Origin: an uncultured Clostridium sp.
GTDB lineage: Bacteria > Bacillota > Clostridia > TANB77 > CAG-508
DNA length: 64,000 nt
Direction: 5' to 3'
Assembly (NCBI GenBank): GCA_930990555.1
Contig: CAKNPW010000001.1
Coordinates: forward strand, 35,007 to 99,006
Positions within the stretch are counted from its first letter, which is position 1, and the number at the start of each line of letters is the position of its first letter. The notes beneath the pieces are model-generated. The model worked only from the letters and a program-made list of their open reading frames with translations, did no database searches and had not been told where the DNA came from. The translations under genes and the position numbers were made by a program. Positions 1 through 9,595 of the stretch are shown here, one piece after another.

Positions 1-1803
1 GAACCCATCTTTTGCAAGTAATTCTTCATGAGTTCCTTGCTCTACAATATCACCATGATTCATAACTAATATTAAATCTGCATTTTTAATTGTAGATAAT
101 CTATGTGCAATAATGAAACTTGTTCTACCCTTCATTAAATTATCCATTGCTGATTGAATTTGTTGTTCTGTTCTAGTATCTATAGAACTTGTAGCTTCAT
201 CTAAAATTAATATTTTAGGATCTGCTAAAATAACTCTCGCAATAGTTAATAATTGTTTTTGTCCTGCAGAAACATTACTTGTTTCCTCATTTAAAATAGA
301 TTTATAACCTTTTGGTAATGTCTTAATAAAGTGGTGAACATGTGCAGCTTTAGCAGCTTCTATAACTTCACTATCTGTTGCATCTGGTCTACCATATTTT
401 ATATTATCTTCTACAGTTCCACTAAATAGCCATGTATCTTGTAAAACCATTCCAAACATTTTTCTTAATTCAGATCTCTTGAAATCCTTAATATTATGAC
501 CATCAACAGAAATTGAACCTGAATTTACATCATAAAATCTCATTAGTAATTTAACCATAGTTGTCTTACCTGCACCGGTAGGTCCAACAATAGCAATCTT
601 TTGGCCATCTTTAACATTTGCGCAAAAGTCATTAATAATTGTCTTATCTGGATTATATCCAAAATTAACATGGTCAAATACAACATTACCTTTTAATTTA
701 CTTGAATCTATATTTCCCTTTGCTGTTTCTACTTCTTCTGGTTCCTCTAAAAACTCAAAAACTCTTTCTGCTGCTGCAATCATAGCTTGTAATGTAGCAG
801 AAATCTGTGCAATTTGTGTTATAGGTTGAATAAATTGTCTGTTATATTGAATGAAACTTTGTATATCACCAACAGCAATCTTACCTTGAACTGTTAAATA
901 TCCACCTAAAATTGCAACTAAAACATACCCAACATTTCCAATAAAGTTTGTTACTGGATGTATTAAACCAGATAAAAATTGTGATTTCCATGCTGATTTA
1001 TATAATACATTATTTGCTTTCATAAAAGTATCAGTTACTTTTTCTTCACCATTAAATACTTTTACAATTGTATGACCACCATATACTTCTTCTACTTGAC
1101 CATTTACATGACCTAAATAATCTTGTTGGGCTTTAAAGTATTTTTGTGAATGTTTTACTATTGTAAAGCTTAAGAAAGCTGTTACTGGCAATATAATTAA
1201 TGAAACCACTGCCATAAGCCAGTTAATAGAAAACATCATTATCAAAATACCAATAATTGTACAAATAGATGTAATAATTTGTGTAACACTTTGGTTTAAG
1301 TTTTGGGATAGTGTATCTATATCGTTTGTAATTATAGATAAAACTTCACCGTGAGTTTTTTTGTCAAAATATTTCATTGGCAATTTATTAATTTTGTGTA
1401 CTAAATCATTACGCATTTTATATGTAATTTTTTGTGTTACTGTAGTCATTGTAAAACCTTGTACTAAAGAGAATAAAGCACTTAAAACATATAAACCTAA
1501 TAATGTAAGAAGTATTGTTCCTATTTTACCAAAGTCTATTCCTGATCCACCAGATAACTTATTCATTAATCCATTAAAAATCTCTGTTGTGGCATTACCT
1601 AAAATCTTTGGTCCAATAATTGAAAATATTGTACTTCCAACAGCAAATAAAATAACAATCATAATTGGTATTTTATATTTTGCCAAATAATTTTTTAATA
1701 GTTTTTTAGTAGTTCCTTTAAAATCTTTTGGTTTTTCTACTACTCTACCTGCGCCATGTCGCATACCTCCCATTGGAGGTCTTACATTTTTATTCTCTGC
1801 CAT
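1..1803 (-). CDS. ABC transporter, fused permease/ATP-binding subunit (5'-complete, 3' end runs off the window start)
   Basis: Reverse-complement translation gives Walker A, ABC signature (LSGGQKQR-type) and Walker B near the window start; the TMD region follows upstream. ATG at 1801-1803 overlaps the stop of the upstream partner, typical of heterodimeric ABC exporters. Confidence 0.8.
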   Translation of the reverse strand, partial: MAENKNVRPPMGGMRHGAGRVVEKPKDFKGTTKKLLKNYLAKYKIPIMIVILFAVGSTIFSIIGPKILGNATTEIFNGLMNKLSGGSGIDFGKIGTILLTLLGLYVLSALFSLVQGFTMTTVTQKITYKMRNDLVHKINKLPMKYFDKKTHGEVLSIITNDIDTLSQNLNQSVTQIITSICTIIGILIMMFSINWLMAVVSLIILPVTAFLSFTIVKHSQKYFKAQQDYLGHVNGQVEEVYGGHTIVKVFNGEEKVTDTFMKANNVLYKSAWKSQFLSGLIHPVTNFIGNVGYVLVAILGGYLTVQGKIAVGDIQSFIQYNRQFIQPITQIAQISATLQAMIAAAERVFEFLEEPEEVETAKGNIDSSKLKGNVVFDHVNFGYNPDKTIINDFCANVKDGQKIAIVGPTGAGKTTMVKLLMRFYDVNSGSISVDGHNIKDFKRSELRKMFGMVLQDTWLFSGTVEDNIKYGRPDATDSEVIEAAKAAHVHHFIKTLPKGYKSILNEETSNVSAGQKQLLTIARVILADPKILILDEATSSIDTRTEQQIQSAMDNLMKGRTSFIIAHRLSTIKNADLILVMNHGDIVEQGTHEELLAKDGF

Positions 1804-4072
1804 TTTCCAATTCCTCCTTTGAAAGTTGTGATAAAGCTATTTGTTTATAAGTTTCACATGATTCTAATAATTCCTCATGTGTTCCTTTTCCTACAATTTT
1901 TCCTTCATCTAATACTATTATTTGATCTGCATTCATAATTGTACTAATTCTTTGTGCAACAATTATTACAGTCTTATCTTTAGTACGTTTTGCAAGTTCT
2001 TCTCTTAATATCTTATCTGTCTTCATATCTAATGCTGAGAAACTATCATCAAATACTAATATTTCTGGATTTATTGCAATAGCTCTAGCTATTGATAAAC
2101 GTTGTTTTTGGCCACCAGAAACATTACCTCCACCTTGTGATATTGGTTCTTGATATTTTTGTGGTTTTGTTTCGATGAATTCTTCGGCTTGGGCAATTTG
2201 TGCAGCCTCTACCATTTGCTCATCTGTTATATTTTCATTACCATATTTTATGTTAGATTCTATTGTTCCAGAGAATAATATTCCTTTTTGTGGTACGAAT
2301 CCAATTCTCTTTCTTAATTCTTTTTGACTTACATCTTTTACATTTACTCCATCTACTAATAGCTCTCCACCAGTTACATCATAAAATCTTGGTATTAAAT
2401 TTACTATTGTAGATTTACCACTACCTGTACTTCCTATTAAAGCAGTGGTTTCACCAGGTTTTGCTGTAAATGAAATATCTGTTATAACTTCTGTATCTGC
2501 ATCTGGATAATGGAATGAAACATCCTTAAATTCAACATATCCTTTTTTATCTGCTTTAAATTGTTTTGTTTCTTCTTTATCTTTTATTTTAGGTTCTGTT
2601 TCTAATACTTCATTTATACGTTCTGCAGATACACTAGCACGTGGTAACATTATAGATACCATAGATATCATTAAGAATGCCATTACTATTTGCATTGTAT
2701 ATTGAATAAATGCCATTACATCTCCAACCTGCATTATTCCTTCATTTGCATTATGACCACCAATCCATACAATAAGTACTGTTATACAGTTCATAACAAG
2801 CATTAAAGCAGGCATCATTATACTCATTGCTCTATTTACAAAAACTTGTGTTTTCATTAAATCTGTATTGGCTCCATCAAATCTTTTTTCTTCTCTTTCT
2901 TCTGTATTAAAAGCACGAATTACTTGACTTCCTGTTAATATTTCACGTGATACTAAATTTAATTTATCAACTAATTTTTGTAATATTTTAAATCTAGGCA
3001 TTGCTATAATCATCAATGTAAGAACAATTATAAAAATACAAATTACAGCTAAACCGATTATCCAAGCCATAGATGCATCACTATTAAATAACACTCTTAT
3101 AAATCCACCTATTGCTATAATTGGTGCATATACAACAACTCTAAATAAAATTGTTAATAGCATTTGAATTTGTTGTATATCATTTGTTGTACGTGTAATT
3201 AAAGATGCTGTTGAAAATCCGTTAAACTCTTCTGTAGAAAAGCTTAATACTTTCTTGAATATTTTTTCTCTTAATGTTTTACCTAGTTTAGCAGCTACTC
3301 TTGAAGATAATAGCATTATTGAAATTGCGCTTATCATAGTGATAGATGCTATTCCTAACATTTGTAAGCCTGATATTAAAATATATGTATTTTGTATACT
3401 ATCTGTATCTGCTCCTAAATATTGATATTGTAATTTTACTTCTTGTATTGCAGCTTGTTCTACCATAGAATCTGATAAATTAGTAATCATTGTATCTATT
3501 GTATTTGGTAATTCTGCTTCTATTGTGTTTATAAAATCTGTTTTTTGCTCTGCTGGCATCATATTTATTATTTCTGCTAAAGACATATTTTCCATTACAG
3601 TTCTTTGTTCTTCTGGAATATTCTCTAACATATTGTTTTTAATTTGATTAGCTGTTTCTTCATTTGATACCATTTGTTTTACAAGCAATCCATTTATTAA
3701 ATTAATATTTAATTTTCCTTTTTCTATACTACTGATATCATTAATCTTGTATGTATTTCCATCTTCTGATAATGTATATGAATTTAATATTTCATCATCA
3801 TTTTCTACAAATCCAAGCATTAAATCCATATCTTCTTTACTTACTTCTTCTGGTGCTTCAAAACTAGACAACGCAAGTAAAGGTTTTGCTATAGTTTGAT
3901 TTAAACTTTCTTGTTCTTCTTTACTAATGTCTTTTAATTTATACACTTCTTGATTTGCAATTTCTGGATAATCTTTAACATCTTTTTCATAATCTTTACT
4001 ATCCTTAGAAATAATTTCATAATCATTTAATATTTTTTCATCATCATTTGTAAATTTTAAAAGACTATCCAT
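1790..4072 (-). CDS. ABC transporter, fused permease/ATP-binding subunit, with a large TM1-TM2 extracellular insert (main reading frame)
   Basis: 760-aa ORF. C-terminal NBD with GSTGSGKST Walker A, LSGGQKQR signature and ILVFDDSFSALD Walker B. Six-TM ABC exporter core. About 180 aa of acidic, non-TM sequence precede TM2. See fragment 4092-4256. Confidence 0.8.
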   Translation of the reverse strand: MDSLLKFTNDDEKILNDYEIISKDSKDYEKDVKDYPEIANQEVYKLKDISKEEQESLNQTIAKPLLALSSFEAPEEVSKEDMDLMLGFVENDDEILNSYTLSEDGNTYKINDISSIEKGKLNINLINGLLVKQMVSNEETANQIKNNMLENIPEEQRTVMENMSLAEIINMMPAEQKTDFINTIEAELPNTIDTMITNLSDSMVEQAAIQEVKLQYQYLGADTDSIQNTYILISGLQMLGIASITMISAISIMLLSSRVAAKLGKTLREKIFKKVLSFSTEEFNGFSTASLITRTTNDIQQIQMLLTILFRVVVYAPIIAIGGFIRVLFNSDASMAWIIGLAVICIFIIVLTLMIIAMPRFKILQKLVDKLNLVSREILTGSQVIRAFNTEEREEKRFDGANTDLMKTQVFVNRAMSIMMPALMLVMNCITVLIVWIGGHNANEGIMQVGDVMAFIQYTMQIVMAFLMISMVSIMLPRASVSAERINEVLETEPKIKDKEETKQFKADKKGYVEFKDVSFHYPDADTEVITDISFTAKPGETTALIGSTGSGKSTIVNLIPRFYDVTGGELLVDGVNVKDVSQKELRKRIGFVPQKGILFSGTIESNIKYGNENITDEQMVEAAQIAQAEEFIETKPQKYQEPISQGGGNVSGGQKQRLSIARAIAINPEILVFDDSFSALDMKTDKILREELAKRTKDKTVIIVAQRISTIMNADQIIVLDEGKIVGKGTHEELLESCETYKQIALSQLSKEELENGRE

Positions 4073-4091
4073 TTGGTTTTTAGCGATATAT

Positions 4092-4256
4092 TCAGGTGCA
4101 GAATTTTCTATTCCACCGTGCTTGAATACCTACATTTACAATTTTAGAAGTATATGTTGGTAATGCTAAATCTGTTGCAGCTTGAACACATAAAAGTATA
4201 ATAATAGCTATTACAGAAATAGCAGATTGTTTTAAGTTCTTTAATACTTTTAACAT
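4092..4256 (-). pseudogene. Detached 5' fragment (signal/TM1) of the ABC exporter 1790-4072; frameshift near 4113-4121
   Basis: ATG at 4254-4256 encodes MLKVLKNLKQSAISVIAIIILLCVQAATDLALPTYTSKIVNVGIQA, then hits TGA. Deleting one base in ccaccgtgc restores ...GGIENSAPEYIAKNQMDSLLKF, which continues in frame into ORF 1790-4072. Confidence 0.6.
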
Positions 4257-4284
4257 TGTTTATTCTCTCCTTTTTTGAAATTTT

Positions 4285-4326
4285 TGAACTTTAGGGACGG
4301 AGCTTAAAGTTCAAATTTTATGTAAA
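4285..4326. repeat. Family-B palindromic repeat, copy B1 (gaactttagggacggagcttaaagttc plus atttacataaaat flank)
   Basis: Stem GAACTTTA/TAAAGTTC with a GGGACGGAGC loop. Related copies at 5153, 10490, 49539 and 62509. Abuts the TetR stop codon. Confidence 0.7.
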
Positions 4327-4327
4327 T

Positions 4328-4942
4328 CTAATTTTCCTTTAAGATTCCTTTTTCTATAAATTTAATTTCTTTTAAAAAGTCTTCTCTAGCTTCTTTTAAA
4401 TCTTTATATTTTAATGAAGCCACTATTCTTCTTCTAGTAATAGCAAATAATATTTCTATTACTAGTTTGAATTCTTCTTCATCTTTTATGTTTAATATAT
4501 CTTTATTTTTTTTGTATAAATCTTGTAATGTTTTTTCTAATCTTTTATTCATTTCTTTTTTTCGTATTAACATTAAATTATCACTCGTTTTAATGTTTTC
4601 AAATATTTGTCTAAATAATTTACTATTCTTTCTTATTTTTCCGACTTCTATTAAATGATCATAAAGATAAATAAAAATTTTTATTATATTACCATTTTCA
4701 CGTTCTATAATTTTATTTAAATTTTTTTCCATATCTCCTATTTTTAACGACATGATATATTCAAATAAATCTTCCTTATCTTCAAAATATTGGTAAAAAC
4801 TGCCTCTTGCTATTTCTGCATCTTCAACAATATTTTTTATAGAAGTTTGTTCTATAGGTACTCTTGCAAATTCTTTATTTGCAGCTTTTAATATTTTTTG
4901 TTTCTTTTCTTCTGGCAAATTGAAGAATGTATTTGTTGGCAT
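4328..4942 (-). CDS. TetR/AcrR family transcriptional regulator
   Basis: 204 aa with an N-terminal HTH (IKNIVEDAEIARGSFYQYFEDKEDLF). Sits directly upstream of the ABC exporter pair on the same strand. Confidence 0.8.
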   Translation of the reverse strand: MPTNTFFNLPEEKKQKILKAANKEFARVPIEQTSIKNIVEDAEIARGSFYQYFEDKEDLFEYIMSLKIGDMEKNLNKIIERENGNIIKIFIYLYDHLIEVGKIRKNSKLFRQIFENIKTSDNLMLIRKKEMNKRLEKTLQDLYKKNKDILNIKDEEEFKLVIEILFAITRRRIVASLKYKDLKEAREDFLKEIKFIEKGILKEN

Positions 4943-5044
4943 TTTTTCCTCCTTCCATTTGTATTATATTCTTAATTTTTAAAATTTGTTTATAAAATTT
5001 AGTGTCGTTTTTAGTTTATTTTAGGTATTTTTTTAAGATATCAA

Positions 5045-5086
5045 AAGTGACACCGTATCATATATTATATATGACACAGTGTCATC
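5045..5086. promoter_or_regulatory. Putative TetR operator: perfect palindrome TGACACAGTGTCA (5072-5084) plus an upstream GTGACAC half-site (5047-5053)
   Basis: Seen directly in the intergenic region upstream of the tetR/ABC operon. Confidence 0.45.
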
Positions 5087-5152
5087 TGTCAATCTGATTT
5101 TTGTAAATTTTGTGTGAACAAATTTATGTTATAAATTGTTTAAGTGAATTTT

Positions 5153-5196
5153 TAATATTTACAAAATGAACTTTAAGCTCCGTCCCTAAAGTTCAC
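5153..5196. repeat. Family-B palindromic repeat, copy B2 (inverted relative to B1)
   Basis: atttacaaaatgaactttaagctccgtccctaaagttca; contains the TAA stop (5173-5175) of the Mur ligase gene. Confidence 0.7.
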
Positions 5197-6489
5197 CAAT
5201 TCCTGGAAGGTGTTTCCACGTTCTTCGAAATTTTTAAAAAATCCATAGCTTGCTGATGCTGGGGATAATAAGCATATCATATCTTTTTTGGTTACTTCTT
5301 TTGCTTTTTTTACTGCCTCTTCTAAATTATTTACTAAATAACAATGCTTATTATTTCCTTTTTCTTGTAATTCTTTATAAATCCTTTTTCCAGTATCTGG
5401 CATTAATATTAAGTTTTCTAATTTTTTATTTTGTAAAATAAAATCTTCTAAATTGGAATAATCTATTTTTCTATCCATTCCTCCTAGTATTAAAGTGTTT
5501 ACATTTTTTAATGCTTTTACTCCTTCTATTGTGGTTTCTCCTATTGTAGAAATTGAATCATCATAATATTTAACTCCATCTTTTGTAGTTACATATTCTA
5601 GCCTATGTGCCAAGCCTTTAAAATCCTTTAAGGCTGATTTAAATTCTTCATTTGATATTTTATATATATTACTACAAATATAGTACGAAATCGCAATATC
5701 AAAGAAATTATGCTCTCCTACTAAATTGGTTTCGTCCTCTAAAATTTGTATACTATTATTTTCTGTTATTATAGTTCTATTTTTTATATAATCATTAATG
5801 CAGATATTATTTTTTATTTTGCTGTGAATGTATTTCTTGCAAGTTTCTCCATAAATTAATATATCATCATATTTTTGAAATTTATTAATATTAAGTTTTG
5901 CATTAATATAGTTTTCAAATATTTTATAATGATCTAAATGATCTGGATATAAGTTCAAGATTACTGCTATATGTGGTGAATATCGTATAAATTCTAGTTG
6001 ATGACAACTAAGTTCAAACACTATTTTTGTATCTTCATTTATTTCGTTTATTGCATTAAAACAAGGAATTCCAATATTTCCTACTAATACAGTATTGGGA
6101 TAGTATTTTTTTAAGATAGTATAAGTAAGACTAGATGTTGTACTCTTTCCTTTAGTTCCAGTTATTCCTATTATCTGACTAGCTAATATTTTTATAAATT
6201 CTTCGGTTTGTGAGGTCAATTTATTAATATCTACCACAGTTGCATCTGCAACTATTCCTGGGCTTTTAAATATTAAATCATAGTCATTCAACTCTTCTGG
6301 TTTACTTATTTTTTTAGTTCCTTTTATTTCTGGTAGTTCCTTTCGGTCTAAAATTCCTAACTCATTGCATTTTATATTGTTGTTTTGAATAAATTGCAAT
6401 GTAGAAATTCCTTCTTTTCCTAATCCCCAAATTGCTATTTTTTTATTTTCTAAATCTTTTTTAAACATGTTTAATATTGTGCTTTTCAT
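5173..6489 (-). CDS. Mur ligase family protein, MurD-like (candidate MurD2, outside any dcw cluster)
   Basis: 438 aa. N-terminal Rossmann motif IAIWGLGKEGIS resembles MurD VxVxGLGxSG. Mur ligase central-domain P-loop GITGTKGKSTTSSL. Size equals E. coli MurD. Overlaps the upstream gene by 4 nt. Confidence 0.6.
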   Translation of the reverse strand: MKSTILNMFKKDLENKKIAIWGLGKEGISTLQFIQNNNIKCNELGILDRKELPEIKGTKKISKPEELNDYDLIFKSPGIVADATVVDINKLTSQTEEFIKILASQIIGITGTKGKSTTSSLTYTILKKYYPNTVLVGNIGIPCFNAINEINEDTKIVFELSCHQLEFIRYSPHIAVILNLYPDHLDHYKIFENYINAKLNINKFQKYDDILIYGETCKKYIHSKIKNNICINDYIKNRTIITENNSIQILEDETNLVGEHNFFDIAISYYICSNIYKISNEEFKSALKDFKGLAHRLEYVTTKDGVKYYDDSISTIGETTIEGVKALKNVNTLILGGMDRKIDYSNLEDFILQNKKLENLILMPDTGKRIYKELQEKGNNKHCYLVNNLEEAVKKAKEVTKKDMICLLSPASASYGFFKNFEERGNTFQELVNFRDGA

Positions 6490-7859
6490 ATTATCTCACT
6501 CTTCTTTAACATTTCTTTGTAATGTTCTGGTACATTGTTTTCTGGATTATAAAACTTGTTATATTTATTTTCTTGGTTTATATATTCTTTGTACTTATTT
6601 GTAGTTTTATAATATTTATACAATAAAGGTAGTTCTTCATTATTTGCTTCATATTTTTTTATTGTTTCACAAATTGCTATATTTACTTCATCTCTTGAAC
6701 CAACACATTCAAAAGGCTTATTTTTTTGTATTCCTGATAGCATTTCCATTGTAGCTTTTAAATTTTCTTTTTCTAATAAATCTTCTCCAAAAATATTTAT
6801 CATATCTTCTTTTTTCATAAATGGAGATAAAATTATATATACAAATAAACATTTTGGGCAGTTTCCACACCATTTGTTTTCTTTGCTTCCAGCATTACAA
6901 CTTTTGAAAATTTTATAAAATTTAGGTAATTTTGCAAAATGTTTTGCTATTTGATATTCGCTAATTGGTCTTAGTAAACTAAAATATTCTATTTCATCTA
7001 ATATATTTTCTTTTACATACTCATTAAAATCTTGTTCAAATTCATAGCTTTTTGAATATTGATGATTTACTTCTTCTGCATATATTGTAGACTCGTTTGC
7101 ACTTGCTTCATTTGATAATACTATGTATTTTTTCTTATTTAAATATGCAACAATTAATGCTGAAAAAGCTACAATTGATGAAAATGGTGTATGTCCATTT
7201 AAATATCCTTGTTTATTTAGTTCTAACATATTTTTATCTAAAGTTCTTTTTACATAACATCTTTGATTCTCATTATATCCTGCTGTTTTTACTGTTCCTT
7301 CTGTTGCACCTCTTGGATTTATTACATAGCACATATTATTTTTAAAATCATCTTTAATTACATCTAATGTAACTATAGAATCTTTTCCTCCACCGATTGG
7401 AACTAAAGCTCCAGTAAATTCTTCTGCTGTATTATTTGAATTGTCTTTTGTTAATTTGACTGTTCCTGCTATTATATTCATAAATTCATCTATATTTGTT
7501 TTTATTTCATTTTTATAAAAGAATTCGCCAAGTCCATAAAAATATAACTTTTTCCACCAATTAATCTGTTTTTGATTTAAATATATGTTTTTTATAGTTA
7601 CATGTGGCGAGCAAGTTATTTTCCAGTAACTTACAAGTTCTACCATTCCTAAATTGAAAACCATATTTTCTAATAGTTCTTTATTTTCATTTTCACTTAC
7701 AGAATCACTCATTTTAGGAATTGTCCATGTTGGATTAAATTTCGAAAGTCCTACTATTTCAAATTCATAACTTATTTTATATTCATTCTCATTTTCTTCT
7801 ATTTTATACCAGTTATATGAAAATTCTGGATATTTTTCTCTTAATTCAAAAAAATTCAT
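6486..7859 (-). CDS. PP-loop (N-type ATP pyrophosphatase) superfamily protein with QueC-like C-terminal Cys cluster and an N-terminal ~160-aa extension; candidate MurL-like partner
   Basis: 457 aa. PP-loop-like motif LVPIGGGKDSIVTL. C-terminal C-x9-CGNCPKC zinc-ribbon-like motif as in QueC. Translationally coupled to the Mur ligase gene. Confidence 0.45.
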   Translation of the reverse strand: MNFFELREKYPEFSYNWYKIEENENEYKISYEFEIVGLSKFNPTWTIPKMSDSVSENENKELLENMVFNLGMVELVSYWKITCSPHVTIKNIYLNQKQINWWKKLYFYGLGEFFYKNEIKTNIDEFMNIIAGTVKLTKDNSNNTAEEFTGALVPIGGGKDSIVTLDVIKDDFKNNMCYVINPRGATEGTVKTAGYNENQRCYVKRTLDKNMLELNKQGYLNGHTPFSSIVAFSALIVAYLNKKKYIVLSNEASANESTIYAEEVNHQYSKSYEFEQDFNEYVKENILDEIEYFSLLRPISEYQIAKHFAKLPKFYKIFKSCNAGSKENKWCGNCPKCLFVYIILSPFMKKEDMINIFGEDLLEKENLKATMEMLSGIQKNKPFECVGSRDEVNIAICETIKKYEANNEELPLLYKYYKTTNKYKEYINQENKYNKFYNPENNVPEHYKEMLKKSEII

Positions 7860-7872
7860 GTTTATCTCCTTT

Positions 7873-7910
7873 CGGATTTAAGAACGTTCCGGGATTTGGG
7901 GACGTTCCTT
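7873..7910. repeat. Family-A repeat, copy A1 (tandem ggatttaagaacgttcc and gggatttggggacgttcc)
   Basis: Core GGGATTTGGGGACGTTCC, shared with seven other loci in the window. Confidence 0.7.
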
Positions 7911-8044
7911 TTTTCCCTTTTTTCTACTATGCTATTATATTGTAATTACTTTGTAAAAGCAACTATAATTATACTATTTACTTCAAAGAAAAAAGGAAGA
8001 AAACTTTTACAAGTTCCTTCCCTTATTTTGAGGTATTTCCGTCC

Positions 8045-8251
8045 TTACTTTTTAAGTGCAACCAAAATTGCCGCTATGACAAATGTTAATACAAAGCAGG
8101 ACCAGCCTGAGGCCAGAGCCCATATTATTTTTAAGTCTCCCATTGCTGCTGTGACAACTGTTGGGCCAATAATTCCGCCAATTCCACAACCTATTGATGC
8201 GCCAAGTATTACTTCAAAGTTATCACTTATTCTCCGCCACATTCTTTTCAT
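8045..8251 (-). CDS. Small Gly-rich membrane protein (GlsB/YeaQ/YmgE-like, or bacteriocin-like)
   Basis: 68 aa, two hydrophobic helices with GxxxG repeats (GASIGCGIGGIIG). Strong RBS GGAGGT 8 nt upstream of the ATG. The overlapping 229-aa plus-strand ORF is low-complexity and judged spurious. Confidence 0.5.
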   Translation of the reverse strand: MKRMWRRISDNFEVILGASIGCGIGGIIGPTVVTAAMGDLKIIWALASGWSCFVLTFVIAAILVALKK

Positions 8252-8338
8252 AGTATTACCTCCTCAAAACTTTTATACTTTTATATCATACCATATATTG
8301 GTTATAATTTCAAATTTTGTTCGTCTTTTAAGGCTTCT

Positions 8339-9499
8339 CTACACCATTCTTATAAACTTATTTTTTCCAAACTGTAATATTGTTTCTTTCGGTTTTAGAC
8401 TAGTTGATATGTCTTCTATAATCTCACCATTAACCCTTACTCCTTTACCTACAATCATTCTTTTTGCTTCACTTTTAGAAGGGGCAAATCCGACTTTTAC
8501 AAGTAAATTACAAATATTTATTTCATCATTATTTTCCATTTTGAATTCTTTTATATCTTCTGGAATTCCACCTTTAGCTATTTGATTATATCTTTCTTCT
8601 GCCATTGCTATTTTATCTTCACCATGGTACATTCTAATAATTTCTTCTGCATATCTTTTATGAGCTTTTACTATATCTTCTTTAATTAAATTTTCTGCTT
8701 CTTTTAAATCCATATCTGTTGTTAGTCTAAAATATTCCATTAAAACCTCATCCGGAATCTTCATAGCCTTTTCATACATTACTTCTGGGCTTTCATCAAT
8801 TCCTATATAATTATCTAATGATTTACTCATTTTTTCTTTTCCATCTAAGCCAACTAATAATGGAAATGTTAAAACAACTTGTCTTTCTTGCCCATAATCT
8901 TTTTGAAGTTCTCTACCAACTAAAAGGTTAAAAGTTTGATCTGTTCCACCAATTTCTATATCTGCATTTAATGCTACAGAATCATATCCTTGCATTAATG
9001 GATACAAAAGTTCATGCATAGAAAGTGGTAAATTATTTTCATATCTATTTTTAAAATCATCTCTTTCTAAAATTCTTGCAACTGTGTATTTGCTTGTTAA
9101 TTCTATAATATCTTTAAAATTCATCTTAGAAAGCCATTCTGAATTATATGCAATTCTTGTTTTATCTTTATCTAATATTTTTGTAACTTGCTTTAAATAT
9201 GTTTCTCCAGCCTTTCTTGTTTGTTCGAATGTTAAGGCTGGTCTTGTTTTACTCTTACCTGATGGATCTCCAATCATTCCTGTAAAATCACCTATAACAA
9301 ATACCACTTCATGTCCCATATCTTGAAATGTCTTTAATGCTCTTAACACAACTGTATGACCTAAATGTAAGTCTGGTCTTGATGGGTCTGCTCCCAATTT
9401 TATTGTAAGTTTTCTTCCACTTTTTAATTTTTGTTCTAATTCTTCTTGTGAAAATATATCCACAGCTTTTCTTTTTATTTTTTCTAATCCATTATTCAT
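8339..9499 (-). CDS. tyrS: Tyrosine--tRNA ligase
   Basis: HIGH motif HLGH, KMSKS motif, C-terminal S4-like domain (RMIVGKGVRVNGE). Preceded by a Tyr-specific T-box leader. Confidence 0.85.
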   Translation of the reverse strand: MNNGLEKIKRKAVDIFSQEELEQKLKSGRKLTIKLGADPSRPDLHLGHTVVLRALKTFQDMGHEVVFVIGDFTGMIGDPSGKSKTRPALTFEQTRKAGETYLKQVTKILDKDKTRIAYNSEWLSKMNFKDIIELTSKYTVARILERDDFKNRYENNLPLSMHELLYPLMQGYDSVALNADIEIGGTDQTFNLLVGRELQKDYGQERQVVLTFPLLVGLDGKEKMSKSLDNYIGIDESPEVMYEKAMKIPDEVLMEYFRLTTDMDLKEAENLIKEDIVKAHKRYAEEIIRMYHGEDKIAMAEERYNQIAKGGIPEDIKEFKMENNDEINICNLLVKVGFAPSKSEAKRMIVGKGVRVNGEIIEDISTSLKPKETILQFGKNKFIRMV

Positions 9500-9595
9500 A
9501 TTAATATTCTCCTTACTATCATCTTAGTTTTTTGATTATATTATATGAATTTTCGTAGAAGAACCCATCGATTATTGTTTTCATTTTAAACGATT

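Noticed and set aside
1361-1690. Short plus-strand ORFs inside the ABC transporter genes; similar antisense ORFs at 1756-1938, 4467-4658, 5250-5441, 7097-7345, 9084-9326, 9992-10490, 11798-12155, 15112-15729, 16137-16364, 18873-19172, 22744-23121, 28174-28512, 30023-30517, 31013-31559, 33340-33597, 36105-36350, 36777-36962, 37196-37999, 38171-38407, 39851-40048, 40484-40750, 41237-41515, 42629-43144, 45349-45621, 46112-46381, 48495-49064, 53524-54675, 55536-55940, 58284-59343, 61724-62381
   Set aside because: All are antisense to long, motif-rich genes. They have Leu/Ile/Phe/Ser-rich low-complexity translations typical of AT-rich genomes and lack RBSs.
7896-8585. 229-aa plus-strand ORF spanning the tyrS 3' region
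   Set aside because: Low-complexity, proline- and isoleucine-rich translation with no RBS. It lies antisense to tyrS and to a well-supported 68-aa minus-strand gene, so it is a typical AT-rich shadow ORF.
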